A stretch of 52,122 bases of DNA from Chlorobaculum parvum (GCA_011372505.1 DRSQ01000066.1:1-52122); one strand, 5' to 3'; shown: positions 1-14,441, counted from the stretch's first letter. The notes: a model not told the origin generated them from the letters alone. Numbers and translations are program-made.

Positions 1-287
1 AGCGCTAAAATGGTTGAAAAATCAACATTTTCACGCACGACAAACTGCCCCGGTCTGGAAATCTCACCAAGGATATTGACATACATAAGAATGTTGCCGT
101 AATCACCAGTAAAGTATGAGTCCTGGGCAATCGGGTACGATGGGCCGCCAAGGGGATAGTACGATGAAGCTGGACTATGTACAGCAGTAACATCTGCTTG
201 CGCCGATAGCGGCATACCCGTAAGGATGAGGGCCTGAACCCACAACATCCCTGCGGCAATGAATGACTTGTGTTTTTTTATCAACAT
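1..287 (-). CDS. Secreted SLBB-domain protein (polysaccharide export, Wza-like); N-terminal part only, runs off the window start
   Basis: Hand translation from ATG at 287, with AGGAGAGG just upstream, gives MLIKKHKSFIAAGMLWVQALILTGMPLSAQA-DVTAV...GNILMYVNILGEISRPGQFVVRENVDFSTILA, open to position 1. Signal peptide with AQA cleavage site; the VNILGExxRPG motif is typical of SLBB domains. Absent from the ORF track because no stop lies in the window. Confidence 0.75.
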   Translation of the reverse strand, partial: MLIKKHKSFIAAGMLWVQALILTGMPLSAQADVTAVHSPASSYYPLGGPSYPIAQDSYFTGDYGNILMYVNILGEISRPGQFVVRENVDFSTILA

Positions 288-344
288 ACCTCTCCTGAGG
301 GCAAAGAGATTATAACAAGATGGTTGCTAAAGCCTGCTGCAACA

Positions 345-485
345 GGACTTCTCTAAAAAATTATGACGCGACCCGATTGCTGCGTTGGGTGGTGCTCGAA
401 ATCCTCATGTACGCCGAGTACACCCCGGGGTCTGCACCCCATCCGCCTTGCACTCAGACCACTCATGACACTTTTTAGCGGTCCC
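345..485. mobile_element. Palindromic MITE-like element, copy 1 (degenerate ends)
   Basis: 351-480 aligns ungapped to the reverse complement of copy 2 at 110/130 positions by hand count; ends ctctaaaaa...tttttagcg. Confidence 0.8.
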
Positions 486-537
486 TAATAATCAATGAAA
501 AAAGAGTTATGAGCACCTGCAAAAGCTTACCGTTCCG

Positions 538-773
538 GTGGTTTGGAATACAACTTGCCGAGAAAATCTCGAACGAATTGCGTCCCTGAAGCTCCCCAGG
601 AAAGTAGTGAAATACTCACGCAATTCCGAAGTGTTAGACAGTACGTCTCTACCAACCACGCAGAAATTCAAACATACAAGAATCAGCCGACCATGGATGA
701 GCACTGGTAAACACTGATCGGGAGTTCAGGCACCGTGGTTATCGTGAAAACAACCAGGACATCGCCTTGAACT
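538..773 (-). ncRNA. Candidate structured leader RNA upstream of the SLBB gene
   Basis: Nested stems: 575-583/618-626 (9 bp perfect), 538-546/652-659, 559-571, 723-731/764-773 and 736-756. G-U pairs favour the minus strand, and two hairpin loops share the sequence UUUCAC. Confidence 0.45.
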
Positions 774-1089
774 GTGCAAGAGATACCTTAAGGATTTAGC
801 ATCTATTCACAAAAAAATATATAAAAGCTTCGCTATTTTCAGTCACAAAAGCACTGAAGCGACACATTAAACAATCAAAAGCAAAACAATTCATCTATAT
901 CAAAAACAGAGTCTCTATACTATCATCCTGTACATGCCGTCAATCTTGCTTTAAAGTCAACAGAAACGAATCTGACGGCAAAACATCAAGCACTTGTCTC
1001 ATAACCAGTCCAAGCGAATCTCAACATCGAAGCCAAAGTTAGTCTTATGTGAGAATCAAAGAAATCACTTAACTGTTAAGAGTTCGTAA

Positions 1090-1239
1090 ATATGGGCATC
1101 TCTAAAAAGTGTCATGAGCAACCTGAGTGCAAGGCAGATGGAGCACAGAAACCGGAGCGTACACGGAGTACGTGAGGATTTCGAGCACCACCCAACGCAG
1201 CAATCGGGGCGCGCAATAACTTTTTAGAGGTGCCCATAT
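1090..1239. mobile_element. Palindromic MITE-like element, copy 2, with 21-bp terminal inverted repeats
   Basis: atatgggcatctctaaaaagt (1090-1110) vs actttttagaggtgcccatat (1219-1239): 20/21 inverted match. TA at 1091-1092 and 1237-1238; central hairpin cgtac-acgga-gtacg at 1158-1172. Confidence 0.85.
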
Positions 1240-1248
1240 ATGATTACA

Positions 1249-1780
1249 TGTTGGGTCCCGGAAGAATATATACCTATGAGAAGTTATGCTTATTTTCAAG
1301 CATACAGCTTCATGAAGGCGAACTGGAAATCCTATGTACGGCAAATCGGTCATGCAGATTAACCTTCACAAGAGCGCGCGGACAACACCGGCGATCCGTC
1401 GGGAAATTCAGAGCTCCAGCCTGTCGGCAAGTCAGCTGGCGACCAAGCATGGCATTGGTAAAGTCACGGCCCTGAAATGGAAAAAGCGCGATTCGGTTGA
1501 CGACCTTCCCAATACGCCGCACCGGTTCAACAAGACCATGAGCGATCTGGAAGAGTTCGTTGTCATCGAACTCAGAAAATCGTTGCTCTTGGCTCTCGAT
1601 GATCTTCTGGCCATCGTTCGCGAATTCATCAACCCAAAGGTCTCGCGCTCTGGACTCGACCGCTGTCTGCGCCGACATGGCGTCGCCAACCTGAAGGAGT
1701 TGATGGCTGTCGAAGAGGGAGAGCCCAAGCCCAAAAAGAGCTATAAAGATTACGAGCCAGGATTTGTGCATGTCGATGTC
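1249..1780 (+). mobile_element. Truncated IS481-family insertion sequence (left end plus 5' part of transposase)
   Basis: TGTTGGGTCCCGG at 1249 resembles an IS481-type TGT terminus and is followed by a transposase N-terminus. No right end is visible. Confidence 0.7.
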
Positions 1781-1816
1781 ATACTGATCGATCATCCGGT
1801 AAAACTCAAGAGCTGA
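1352..1816 (+). pseudogene. IS481-family transposase, C-terminally truncated at the start of the DDE domain
   Basis: MQINLHKSARTTPAIRREIQ...KWKKRDSVDD...SRSGLDRCLRRHG...FVHVDV is a typical IS481-family HTH region through the first catalytic Asp. The sequence becomes unrelated after about 1780 and stops at 1816. Confidence 0.85.
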
Positions 1817-1945
1817 GCCAATAGCGACCACCTCGTAACCAAGAACCTCCAGGAACTTAACAAGGCCATGTCTGAAATCAGAGTCATTTTCGACAATGAT
1901 GATTCTGCGGAAAGCTTGGCGTTGCTGGAATGAGGACTCAATCAT
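1778..1945 (-). pseudogene. Response regulator receiver-domain N-terminal fragment
   Basis: RIIIVENDSDFRHGLVKFLEVLGYEVVAIGSALEFYRMID is REC beta1-alpha1-beta2-alpha2. It breaks before the phospho-acceptor Asp strand and continues into the IS antisense strand. Confidence 0.75.
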
Positions 1946-2207
1946 AGGTATCTATACAGAAATTTTACTCACCCTATAATATAGACAATGAAATAACATA
2001 AAATCCACAAAATAACAAAAAAACCTGCCGACACTAACCTTCAAATGCTCACTATAAATCACAATTTCCTTAATGTACTCACACATCATAAATTCATGCC
2101 AACAAGTTGTTTCTCCGTCAGCAAAAAAACAATAACATCATAAAATATAATAACTTAATAACACCATTTCAGATACATTATTTTCTCACGAGTATTCGAA
2201 TAGCAAC

Positions 2208-2246
2208 AAAAAAAGCCGCCCTGTTCAGATACAGAGCGGCTTTTTT
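2208..2246. terminator. Rho-independent terminator after rpoC (bidirectional form)
   Basis: A7-gccgccctgt-loop-acagagcggc-T6. Confidence 0.85.
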
Positions 2247-2282
2247 CATCTGGAAGTCAGTCAGGAGCAGAGATGCTTTCGA

Positions 2283-6770
<4,488 letters not shown>

Positions 6771-6885
6771 GGCCGATTTCCTGTTAAAACAACCTTGTAA
6801 TTATCCTCGTTATCTTCGTTACTGCTTTGAGACCGGTGCGCCTTTTCCGGTCAGAAAATGCGCCCCGACGTGTTGTCTCTAGTCC

Positions 6886-9800
6886 TCAAGGCACCCTGTC
6901 GTCGATCCTGACCTCAAGACCGAGACCCTGCAGCTCCCTGACGAGAACGTTAAACGATTCGGGCGTTCCCGGTTCCGGAAGGTTCTGCCCTTTGACAATC
7001 GCTTCGTAGGTTTTGTTTCTGCCAATCACATCATCAGACTTGACCGTGAGCATTTCGCGCAGAATATTGGCGGCGCCATATGCTTCAAGCGCCCAGACCT
7101 CCATTTCACCAAACCTCTGGCCACCGAACTGCGCTTTACCGCCGAGCGGCTGCTGAGTGATAAGCGAGTATGGGCCGATGGACCTGGCGTGAATCTTGTC
7201 GTCAACAAGATGGCTCAGCTTGAGCATGTAGATATAGCCGACAGTGACCTCGTCATGGAACTGCTCACCGGTACGTCCGTCGAACAGCCTGACCTTACCG
7301 TGGCCCGGCAGACCGGCCTTTTCGAGATTTTCCTGCACCTCTTTATAGGTAGCACCGTTGAAGATCGGGGTCTTGAACTTGACACCGAGCTTCTTGCCCG
7401 CCCAACCGAGAGAGGTTTCGTAAAGCTGACCGATGTTCATACGACTCGGCACGCCGAGCGGGTTGAGCACGATATCGACCGGCGTTCCGTCCGCCATGAA
7501 CGGCATATCCTCGATCGGCAGAATCTTGCCGACCACACCTTTGTTACCGTGACGACCGGCCATTTTATCGCCGACCTGGATTTTCCTCTTCTGGGCGATA
7601 TAGACCTTGGCCAGCTCCTCGATGCCGGGAGGCAGCTCGTCGCCGACGTTGACCTTGTACTTTTCGTTCTCGCGCTCGTCTTCCAGATCTTTCAGTTTCA
7701 AGCGATACTCGCGGATGAGGCGGACGACGTTTTCGTTGGTTTTGGCGCCGCTCACAATTCCTTTCGACACATCGATCGATTCGAGGAACGGCAGACCGTT
7801 GAACCTGGCCAACAGTGCTTCATCGATGACCGTGCCCTCGGGAACAAGCACTTTGCCTTTATCGCTGGTGACAGCCACACTCTTCTTGCCGTTGAGATGC
7901 TGCTTCATCCATTTGGCAAAGCGATTGCGCAGGTCGACCTCTTTCAGATCGAACTGCTTGTCGATCGCCTCCATGCGCTCTTTGACGTCCAGGCCGATCT
8001 TTTTCTTACGGCTGAACAACTTGGTCTTGATGACAATGCCCTTCATGCCAGCCGGCACGTGCATCGATGCATCCTTTACGTCGCTGGACTTGTCGCCGAA
8101 GATGGCACGCAGCAGCTTCTCTTCCGGAGTCGGATCGCTCTCGCCTTTCGGGGTAATCTTGCCGACCAGAATATCGCGTTCTTTGACCTCGGCGCCGATA
8201 CGCACGATGCCGTTCTCGTCGAGGTTGCGCAGGGCATCCTCGCTGACATTGTAAATGTCGCGGGTGAACTGCTCCTCGCCACGCTTGGTGTCGCGCACGT
8301 TCGACTCGAACTCGTGCACGTGAATCGAGGTAAAGATGTCATCGTAAACCAGTCTTTCGCTGAGCACAATAGCATCCTCGAAGTTGTAGCCACGCCAAGG
8401 CATGAAGGCCACCAGCACGTTTTTGCCAAGTGCCAGTTCACCGTTATCGGTTGAGGAGCTGTCAGCCAGCACATCGCCAGTTTCGAGCCTCTGACCGTTA
8501 CGCACCAGCGGACGCTGTGAAATGCAGGTATCCTGGTTGGAACGCTTGAACTTGATCAGCTTATAGACCTTGATGCCCTCATCGGGATCGAGCATCGACA
8601 CGGTGTTACTTTCCGGATCGAGGTCGTAACGCACCTCGATGCGCTCGGCTGTAACGCTCTGCACCACGCCAGGACCTTCGGCCACGATAACGGCGCGAGA
8701 GTCGCGGGCCACCTTGGCTTCCATGCCGGTGCCAACGACCGGTGCATCGGAGACGAGCAGCGGCACTGCCTGGCGCTGCATGTTTGCGCCCATCAGGGCG
8801 CGGTTACCGTCATCGTGCTCCAGGAACGGAATGAGCGCCGCAGCAGCACTGACAATCTGTACCGGCGAAACATCCATGTAGTTGATATCCTCAGCCAGCA
8901 CAAGCGGGTAATCGCCCTTGGTTCTGGCCTGCACCGACTCATCGGCAATGCGGTTGTTCTCGTCAAGCTCGATGCTGACCGGGACAGTGATCTTGTTCTC
9001 CTCGTCCTCGGCGGAGAGCATCAGCACCTTGTCGGTTACCAAGCCCTTGTCGACTACGCGGTACGGCGTCTGGATGAAACCCTTGTCGTTGATTTCGGCA
9101 TAGACTGAAAGCGATGAAATAAGACCAATGTTCGGGCCTTCAGGGGTCTCGATCGGGCAAAGACGACCGTAGTGGGTATAGTGAACGTCGCGAACCTCGA
9201 AGCCCGCACGCTCACGGGTCAAACCGCCGGGGCCGAGAGCCGACACCCTGCGCTTGTTGGTCATTTCTGCCAGCGGGTTTGTCTGATCCATGAACTGCGA
9301 GAGCTGACTGGTAGCGAAGAAGCTCGACACCACGCTCGAAACAGTACGCGCGTTAATGAGATCCGCCGGAGCGATTTTGTCGGTATCACGCGAGTTGAGC
9401 TTTTCGCGGACATTCTTGCCCATTCTCGCCAGGCCGATCACGAACTGCGCGGCAAGCTGCTCGCCGACCGAACGCACGCGGCGATTGGCCAGGTGATCGA
9501 CGTCATCGACCTCAGCCATGCCGCTGACCAGCTTGATGAGGTAGTTGATAACCGCGATGATGTCGTAGTGGGTCAGCACAAGGATATCCTCGCCGATCGG
9601 CTCCTCGGAATAGGTGCTGATAGTCTGGAGAATGCGCTCGTAAATGGCATCAGAAAGCTCTTTGAGCTCAGGCCGCTCTTCGAGGTAGCTCGAAAGCTCC
9701 GTCAGCTCGTTATTCAACTTCTTCTGAATGCGATAGCGGCCAACATCGCCAAGATCGTACTTCTTCTGATTGAAGAAGGTGCGTTCGAGGAAGCTTCTGG

Positions 9801-10797
9801 CGGCATCAATGTCCGGCGCTTCGTTGGAGCGTAGCTCTTCGTAAACAATCTCAAGCGCCTCTTCCTCAGTGGCAGAACTGTCATTGAGAATCGTGTTAAT
9901 GACAACCGACTTGTCCACCCCCTTTTCGGGAGAGGTGGTTTTCATCACCTTGATCGTCTTGTAGCCTGCGGCAACAATCTGATCCAGAATATCCTCGGTA
10001 ATTGCCGAGCGGGCACTGACCACCTCACCGGTGTTCATATCAACAATATCGGAAGCCAGATACTGGCCAAGCAGCTTCTCGCGCTTCGAGCTTTTGGAAG
10101 AGACCTCGACCTCCTCGACCAGATCGAACAGGGAGAGAATATCCTCATCCTTTGCGAAGCCGATCGCCCTCAACAACGCCGTGACCAGGAAGTTTTTCTT
10201 CTGGTCGATATAGACAAAAATCTGATTGTTGATGTCGGTCTGGAACTCGATCCAGGAACCACGGGTCGGCACAATTTTGGCCGAGTACATCTTCTTGCCG
10301 TTCGGATGAACCGCCTGGCTGAACACAACGCCCGGCGAGCGATGAAGCTGGGCCACCACAACGCGCTCTGCGCCATTGATGATGAACGTGCCGCGTTCAG
10401 TCATGTAGGGAATCCTGCCGAGGTAAACCTCCTGCTGGATGGTCTCCTTCCAGTCGGGCTCATCGGCCTCATCCTTGTAGGAGAGCTTGAGTTTGATCTT
10501 GAGCGACACATCGTAGGTCAGGCCGCGCTCAATGCACTCCTCGACAGTATATTTCGGTTTATCGAAACTGTAGGAAATATATTCCAGGAGATACAGTCCT
10601 CTGGTATCGGTAATGGGAAAGGCGCTCCGAAGCACTTTTTCAAGGCCTTGGTCCTTGCGCTTTTCGAGAGGAACGCTATCCTGTATGAAATTATGAAACG
10701 AATCGAGCTGTACCTTGAGAAGGTCGGGGGGATTTAGGATACTCTGGATCTTGGAAAAGTCAATACACGGTGTTGGTGTTGCATCAGCCACGTTCAC
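6886..10797 (-). CDS. rpoB: RNA polymerase beta subunit
   Basis: [34 protein letters not shown] start at 10797 (or 10791) downstream of GAGG is preferred over 10818. Confidence 0.98.
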   Translation of the reverse strand: MNVADATPTPCIDFSKIQSILNPPDLLKVQLDSFHNFIQDSVPLEKRKDQGLEKVLRSAFPITDTRGLYLLEYISYSFDKPKYTVEECIERGLTYDVSLKIKLKLSYKDEADEPDWKETIQQEVYLGRIPYMTERGTFIINGAERVVVAQLHRSPGVVFSQAVHPNGKKMYSAKIVPTRGSWIEFQTDINNQIFVYIDQKKNFLVTALLRAIGFAKDEDILSLFDLVEEVEVSSKSSKREKLLGQYLASDIVDMNTGEVVSARSAITEDILDQIVAAGYKTIKVMKTTSPEKGVDKSVVINTILNDSSATEEEALEIVYEELRSNEAPDIDAARSFLERTFFNQKKYDLGDVGRYRIQKKLNNELTELSSYLEERPELKELSDAIYERILQTISTYSEEPIGEDILVLTHYDIIAVINYLIKLVSGMAEVDDVDHLANRRVRSVGEQLAAQFVIGLARMGKNVREKLNSRDTDKIAPADLINARTVSSVVSSFFATSQLSQFMDQTNPLAEMTNKRRVSALGPGGLTRERAGFEVRDVHYTHYGRLCPIETPEGPNIGLISSLSVYAEINDKGFIQTPYRVVDKGLVTDKVLMLSAEDEENKITVPVSIELDENNRIADESVQARTKGDYPLVLAEDINYMDVSPVQIVSAAAALIPFLEHDDGNRALMGANMQRQAVPLLVSDAPVVGTGMEAKVARDSRAVIVAEGPGVVQSVTAERIEVRYDLDPESNTVSMLDPDEGIKVYKLIKFKRSNQDTCISQRPLVRNGQRLETGDVLADSSSTDNGELALGKNVLVAFMPWRGYNFEDAIVLSERLVYDDIFTSIHVHEFESNVRDTKRGEEQFTRDIYNVSEDALRNLDENGIVRIGAEVKERDILVGKITPKGESDPTPEEKLLRAIFGDKSSDVKDASMHVPAGMKGIVIKTKLFSRKKKIGLDVKERMEAIDKQFDLKEVDLRNRFAKWMKQHLNGKKSVAVTSDKGKVLVPEGTVIDEALLARFNGLPFLESIDVSKGIVSGAKTNENVVRLIREYRLKLKDLEDERENEKYKVNVGDELPPGIEELAKVYIAQKRKIQVGDKMAGRHGNKGVVGKILPIEDMPFMADGTPVDIVLNPLGVPSRMNIGQLYETSLGWAGKKLGVKFKTPIFNGATYKEVQENLEKAGLPGHGKVRLFDGRTGEQFHDEVTVGYIYMLKLSHLVDDKIHARSIGPYSLITQQPLGGKAQFGGQRFGEMEVWALEAYGAANILREMLTVKSDDVIGRNKTYEAIVKGQNLPEPGTPESFNVLVRELQGLGLEVRIDDRVP

Positions 10798-11146
10798 ATG
10801 CACCTCGCTTTTAGTCAATTGCAGGGAGTACTTAACAGTTAATGGGCAATTCTCTTTTGGGCTTCACCGTTCAATACGCAACGAATATGCACTTGCGGTA
10901 TCGATCTGGCGCCCGCTTTGCTCCGATTTGCGACTGGCGACGTCAACCGGTGCTGCACTCCTTATGTCCCGACAGGCCGGCACATTCAGGCTCCGCACTT
11001 CGACAACCGCTCACTTGAATCGCTCACGGCAGTAATCAGTGGTACTCTTGGGTCATTACAGTATTCGTCAATACCTTATCGAAGTGGGTCATCATTCAGC
11101 GGCATCTGAACCGCAGAACACATATAAAAATTTCTTACCACAAACG

Positions 11147-11183
11147 GACAAAGCTCCGTCCCGGAAACGGCACGGAGCTTGTC
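11147..11183 (-). terminator. Hairpin after rplL (attenuator or processing site before rpoB)
   Basis: gacaaagctccgt...acggagcttgtc inverted repeat about 22 nt after the rplL stop. Confidence 0.6.
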
Positions 11184-11205
11184 AGCCACTTGACCTTGTA
11201 AAAGA

Positions 11206-11586
11206 TCACTTCAGTTCAACTTCAGCGCCTGCGTCTTTGAGCTCCTTAGCGATTTTTTCAGCCTCGTCTTTCGAAACGGCCTCTTTAACGGTCTTCGGTG
11301 CACCGTCAACCATTTCTTTAGCCTCTTTCAGGCCAAGACCGGTGATAGCACGAACAACCTTGATGACGTTGATCTTCTTATCGCCAGCAGCCTTGAGCAC
11401 GACGTCGAACTCGGTCTTCTCTTCGGCGGCACCAGCATCACCTGCAGGAGCAGCGGCAACAGCGCCAGCCATAACAGCGGGAGCAGCGCTCACACCAAAC
11501 TTCTCCTCCAGTGCTTTCACTAACTCGGAAGCTTCGGTAAGGGTAAGTTTACCAATCTCTTCTACAAGGGTTTCAACAGATGACAT
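11206..11586 (-). CDS. rplL: 50S ribosomal protein L7/L12
   Basis: [12 protein letters not shown]...[10 protein letters not shown]...[13 protein letters not shown]; ATG at 11586 with GAGG upstream. Confidence 0.98.
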   Translation of the reverse strand: MSSVETLVEEIGKLTLTEASELVKALEEKFGVSAAPAVMAGAVAAAPAGDAGAAEEKTEFDVVLKAAGDKKINVIKVVRAITGLGLKEAKEMVDGAPKTVKEAVSKDEAEKIAKELKDAGAEVELK

Positions 11587-11641
11587 TATTTCCTCTCTCA
11601 GTTTGAATTGAAAATATTGAAGCTTTGAGTGCGTAATTTCT

Positions 11642-12163
11642 TTATTTCTCGAGCTTTCCAACCTGGTCGATCACCGACACAAGGTCACGCATCACTGCGT
11701 TCATGACCATCGGCACCGAGGCAACCATGTTGTTGACAAGACCTGCAACGCGACCAATGTTGTCGGTCTTGCTGAGCATCTCCGAAAGCTGAAGCAGGGC
11801 ATCAGGGCCGAACACGGCACCATCGACCGATGCCATCTTGAACTTCAGCGCTTCGTTGTCTTTGCTGAACTTCTTGATGATCTTGGCCGGAGCAATCGGA
11901 TCGTCGTAGCTGAACGCCACGGCGGTCGTGTTCTTCAGGCCTTCTGCCAATTTATCGACATCGGCGGCATCCTTGAGCGCCTTCTTGATCAGGGTGTTTT
12001 TGACCACCTTGTACTCGATACCGGCCTTGCGGAACTCCAGACGAAGCTGGCCCATCTTGGTGACATCGAGTCCCTGAAACTCGGTAAAGTAGAAGCCCTG
12101 CGACTTCTGGAATTTCTCGGCTACTTCCTGAGCGATCTGCTCTTTTTTATCTCGCTTCATCAT
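11642..12163 (-). CDS. rplJ: 50S ribosomal protein L10
   Basis: YKVVKNTL motif; lies between rplA and rplL. Confidence 0.97.
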   Translation of the reverse strand: MMKRDKKEQIAQEVAEKFQKSQGFYFTEFQGLDVTKMGQLRLEFRKAGIEYKVVKNTLIKKALKDAADVDKLAEGLKNTTAVAFSYDDPIAPAKIIKKFSKDNEALKFKMASVDGAVFGPDALLQLSEMLSKTDNIGRVAGLVNNMVASVPMVMNAVMRDLVSVIDQVGKLEK

Positions 12164-12198
12164 AACGTGCGCAATCGTTTTTGTTAGGCCCGCTCGCG

Positions 12199-12888
12199 TC
12201 AGGCGGCAAATTTATCTTTTTTGACCTTCACGCCCGGGGACATGGTGCTTGAAATCGTGATACCCTGGAGGTACTGGCCTTTTGCAGCCGAAGGTTTCAA
12301 GCGCACGACCTCTTTGATGAAGCTGCTGATGTTACCAGCCAGCTGGTCGTTATCGAACGACACTTTACCGACAAGAGCGTGAATGTTACCAGCCTTGTCA
12401 ACGCGAAACTCGATCTTACCGGCTTTCACCTCGCTGACAGCCTTGGCCACATCCATGGTGACCGTCCCCGATTTCGGGTTCGGCATCAGACCGCGGGGGC
12501 CGAGAATTCTTGCAACTTTACCGAGCTGGCCCATGACATCAGGGGTTGCAACAACCACATCGACATCGGTCCAGCCCTCTTTGATTTTCTCGATATACTC
12601 TTCGAAACCGACATAATCGGCGCCAGCCTCGCGAGCCTCCTCGGCCTTGTTCTCTTTACAGACAACCAAAACGGAGACGGTTTTACCGGTTCCGTGAGGC
12701 AGCATAACCGTGCCGCGCACGACCTGATCGGCATGACGAGGGTCGACCCCGAGCTTCATGGCGACATCGATCGTAGCATCGAATTTGGTTGTGGTAATCT
12801 CTTTGACCTTCTCGACAGCTTCCGCAAGGTCATATTCCTGAACGCTATCAACCTTTGCAGCAGCGTTCCTATAGTTCTTTCCTGCCAT
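12199..12888 (-). CDS. rplA: 50S ribosomal protein L1
   Basis: [25 protein letters not shown]. Confidence 0.99.
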   Translation of the reverse strand: MAGKNYRNAAAKVDSVQEYDLAEAVEKVKEITTTKFDATIDVAMKLGVDPRHADQVVRGTVMLPHGTGKTVSVLVVCKENKAEEAREAGADYVGFEEYIEKIKEGWTDVDVVVATPDVMGQLGKVARILGPRGLMPNPKSGTVTMDVAKAVSEVKAGKIEFRVDKAGNIHALVGKVSFDNDQLAGNISSFIKEVVRLKPSAAKGQYLQGITISSTMSPGVKVKKDKFAA

Positions 12889-12904
12889 TGACTGTATTGT
12901 GTTA

Positions 12905-12937
12905 GTGGTTAAATAAGCGGCTTATCAGGCCTCCCAC
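12905..12937 (-). promoter_or_regulatory. L1-binding autoregulatory RNA site upstream of rplA
   Basis: Minus strand GTGGGAGGC...GCCGC...AACCAC matches the GUGGGAG...ACCAC pattern of L1 translational operators. Confidence 0.6.
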
Positions 12938-12953
12938 GATAAAAACTTATGCC

Positions 12954-13379
12954 TCAGCCTTCGACGACGATGCCCATGCTGCGGGCAGTGCCCATCACCA
13001 TCTGGGCGGCGCCTTCGATATCGACCGAATTGAGATCGGGCTTCTTCAGCTCAGCGATCTTGCGCACCTGCTCCATGGTAACCGTGCCGACCTTGTTGCG
13101 GTTCGGCTCGCCGGAACCCTTCTGCAGCTTGGCTTCCTTGAGCAGAAGTACAGCGGCAGGCGGAGTCTTGGTGACGAAAGTGAACGACTTGTCGGAAAAG
13201 ACCGTGATCACCACAGGAATGATCATACCGGCTTCAGACTGCGTCTTGGCGTTGAACTGCTTGCAGAACTCCATAATATTGACGCCCTTCTGACCGAGTG
13301 CCGGTCCGACTGGCGGGGCAGGATTCGCACCTCCTGCGGGAATTTGCAACTTGATGAACCCTACTACCTTTTTTGCCAT
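12954..13379 (-). CDS. rplK: 50S ribosomal protein L11
   Basis: [26 protein letters not shown]. Confidence 0.99.
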   Translation of the reverse strand: MAKKVVGFIKLQIPAGGANPAPPVGPALGQKGVNIMEFCKQFNAKTQSEAGMIIPVVITVFSDKSFTFVTKTPPAAVLLLKEAKLQKGSGEPNRNKVGTVTMEQVRKIAELKKPDLNSVDIEGAAQMVMGTARSMGIVVEG

Positions 13380-13425
13380 ATTGCTATCTCTCTTTCAACA
13401 GCTTGAATAAATACTATGATCTCTG

Positions 13426-14001
13426 TTATTGCGAAACCGACTTGACCTGGGAGAAATCCAGCTCGGTAGGAGTGCTTCTGCCAAAGAAGTTGATCATAAC
13501 CTTGACCTTCATCCTCTCTGTGCAAACCTCGTGAACAATACCGGTCAGGGAGCTAAAAGGCCCGTCGATCACCTTGACAGAGTCGCCAACCTTGAAGGGA
13601 GCCTCGACCACTGCGCGGTGCTCAACAGCGCTTTCCGGAACAAGAATCTTCTCCACTTCATCGGGACGCAACGGGGTGGGATTATCGTCAACGCCAAGAA
13701 AACCCATGACCGACGGAATATCCATGATCAGGTTTCTGGTCTGTTTATCGAGAACCGCCTCAAGCAGCACATAGCCAGGGAAGGCGTTCTTGGTCAGACT
13801 CCGCTTCTTGCCGTTCTTGACCTCAACAAAGCGCTCGTAGGGAATATAGACCTGTTTGATCTTGTCGGTCAGACCGTAACGCTCAGCCTCCATCTCGATC
13901 CCCTCTTTCACCTTACGCTCATGGCCCGAATAGATCCTGAGAGCGTACCAGTGAAGTTGCGGGGGCTGCTGCTCTTCGATCACCTTTTTTCTGACGCCCA
14001 T
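13426..14001 (-). CDS. nusG: Transcription termination/antitermination factor NusG
   Basis: WYALRIYSGHE, FPGYV, KOW motif GDSVKVIDGPF, FGRSTP. Confidence 0.98.
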   Translation of the reverse strand: MGVRKKVIEEQQPPQLHWYALRIYSGHERKVKEGIEMEAERYGLTDKIKQVYIPYERFVEVKNGKKRSLTKNAFPGYVLLEAVLDKQTRNLIMDIPSVMGFLGVDDNPTPLRPDEVEKILVPESAVEHRAVVEAPFKVGDSVKVIDGPFSSLTGIVHEVCTERMKVKVMINFFGRSTPTELDFSQVKSVSQ

Positions 14002-14028
14002 CCTGTGTACCTCGAAATCTCCTTAGTC

Positions 14029-14220
14029 TTACAATATTTTCCCCATGACGGTATTGATAACCCAGTCAACCGAGAAGGTGAACAAGGCAAGAATACCCGA
14101 AACTGTCAACACAACAACCGTCATGTCCTTCACCTCACCCCTGGTCGGCCACGAAACCTTGCGCATTTCGCCGACGACATCACGATAGTACTTGCCTGCC
14201 TTGTCGATATAATTCTTCAT
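14029..14220 (-). CDS. secE: Preprotein translocase subunit SecE
   Basis: EMRKVSWPT motif plus one TM helix; upstream of nusG. Confidence 0.95.
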   Translation of the reverse strand: MKNYIDKAGKYYRDVVGEMRKVSWPTRGEVKDMTVVVLTVSGILALFTFSVDWVINTVMGKIL

Positions 14221-14272
14221 GATTGAGCATCGAGGTAAAGATCGTGAACAGCATACGAGTCCAGCCTGCCTG

Positions 14273-14345
14273 CACGTCAGGAGGGAGTCGAACCCCCAAC
14301 CTGCGGTTTTGGAGACCGCTGCTCTACCAATTGAGCTACTGACGT
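14273..14345 (-). tRNA. tRNA-Trp (CCA)
   Basis: ACGTCAG acceptor stem, anticodon loop CTCCAAA, TTCGA T-loop; 73 nt. Confidence 0.96.
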
Positions 14346-14368
14346 GTAACCGCCCCTGCGGGAGCCGG

Positions 14369-14441
<73 letters not shown>

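Noticed and set aside
5-259. 84-aa minus-strand ORF from the track
   Set aside because: Wrong frame; the frame starting at 287 has the RBS, signal peptide and SLBB motif.
575-600. GGGACGCAA on the minus strand, suggestive of a c-di-GMP-I riboswitch
   Set aside because: The GCAAAC...GAAA tetraloop and receptor elements are not present around it.
507-704. 65-aa minus-strand ORF in the leader
   Set aside because: No recognisable motif or clear RBS, and the region is better explained by RNA structure. A leader peptide cannot be fully excluded.
1102-1475. Short ORFs 1102-1353 (-) and 1230-1475 (+)
   Set aside because: They span the MITE/IS junction or an alternate frame of the transposase; no independent support.
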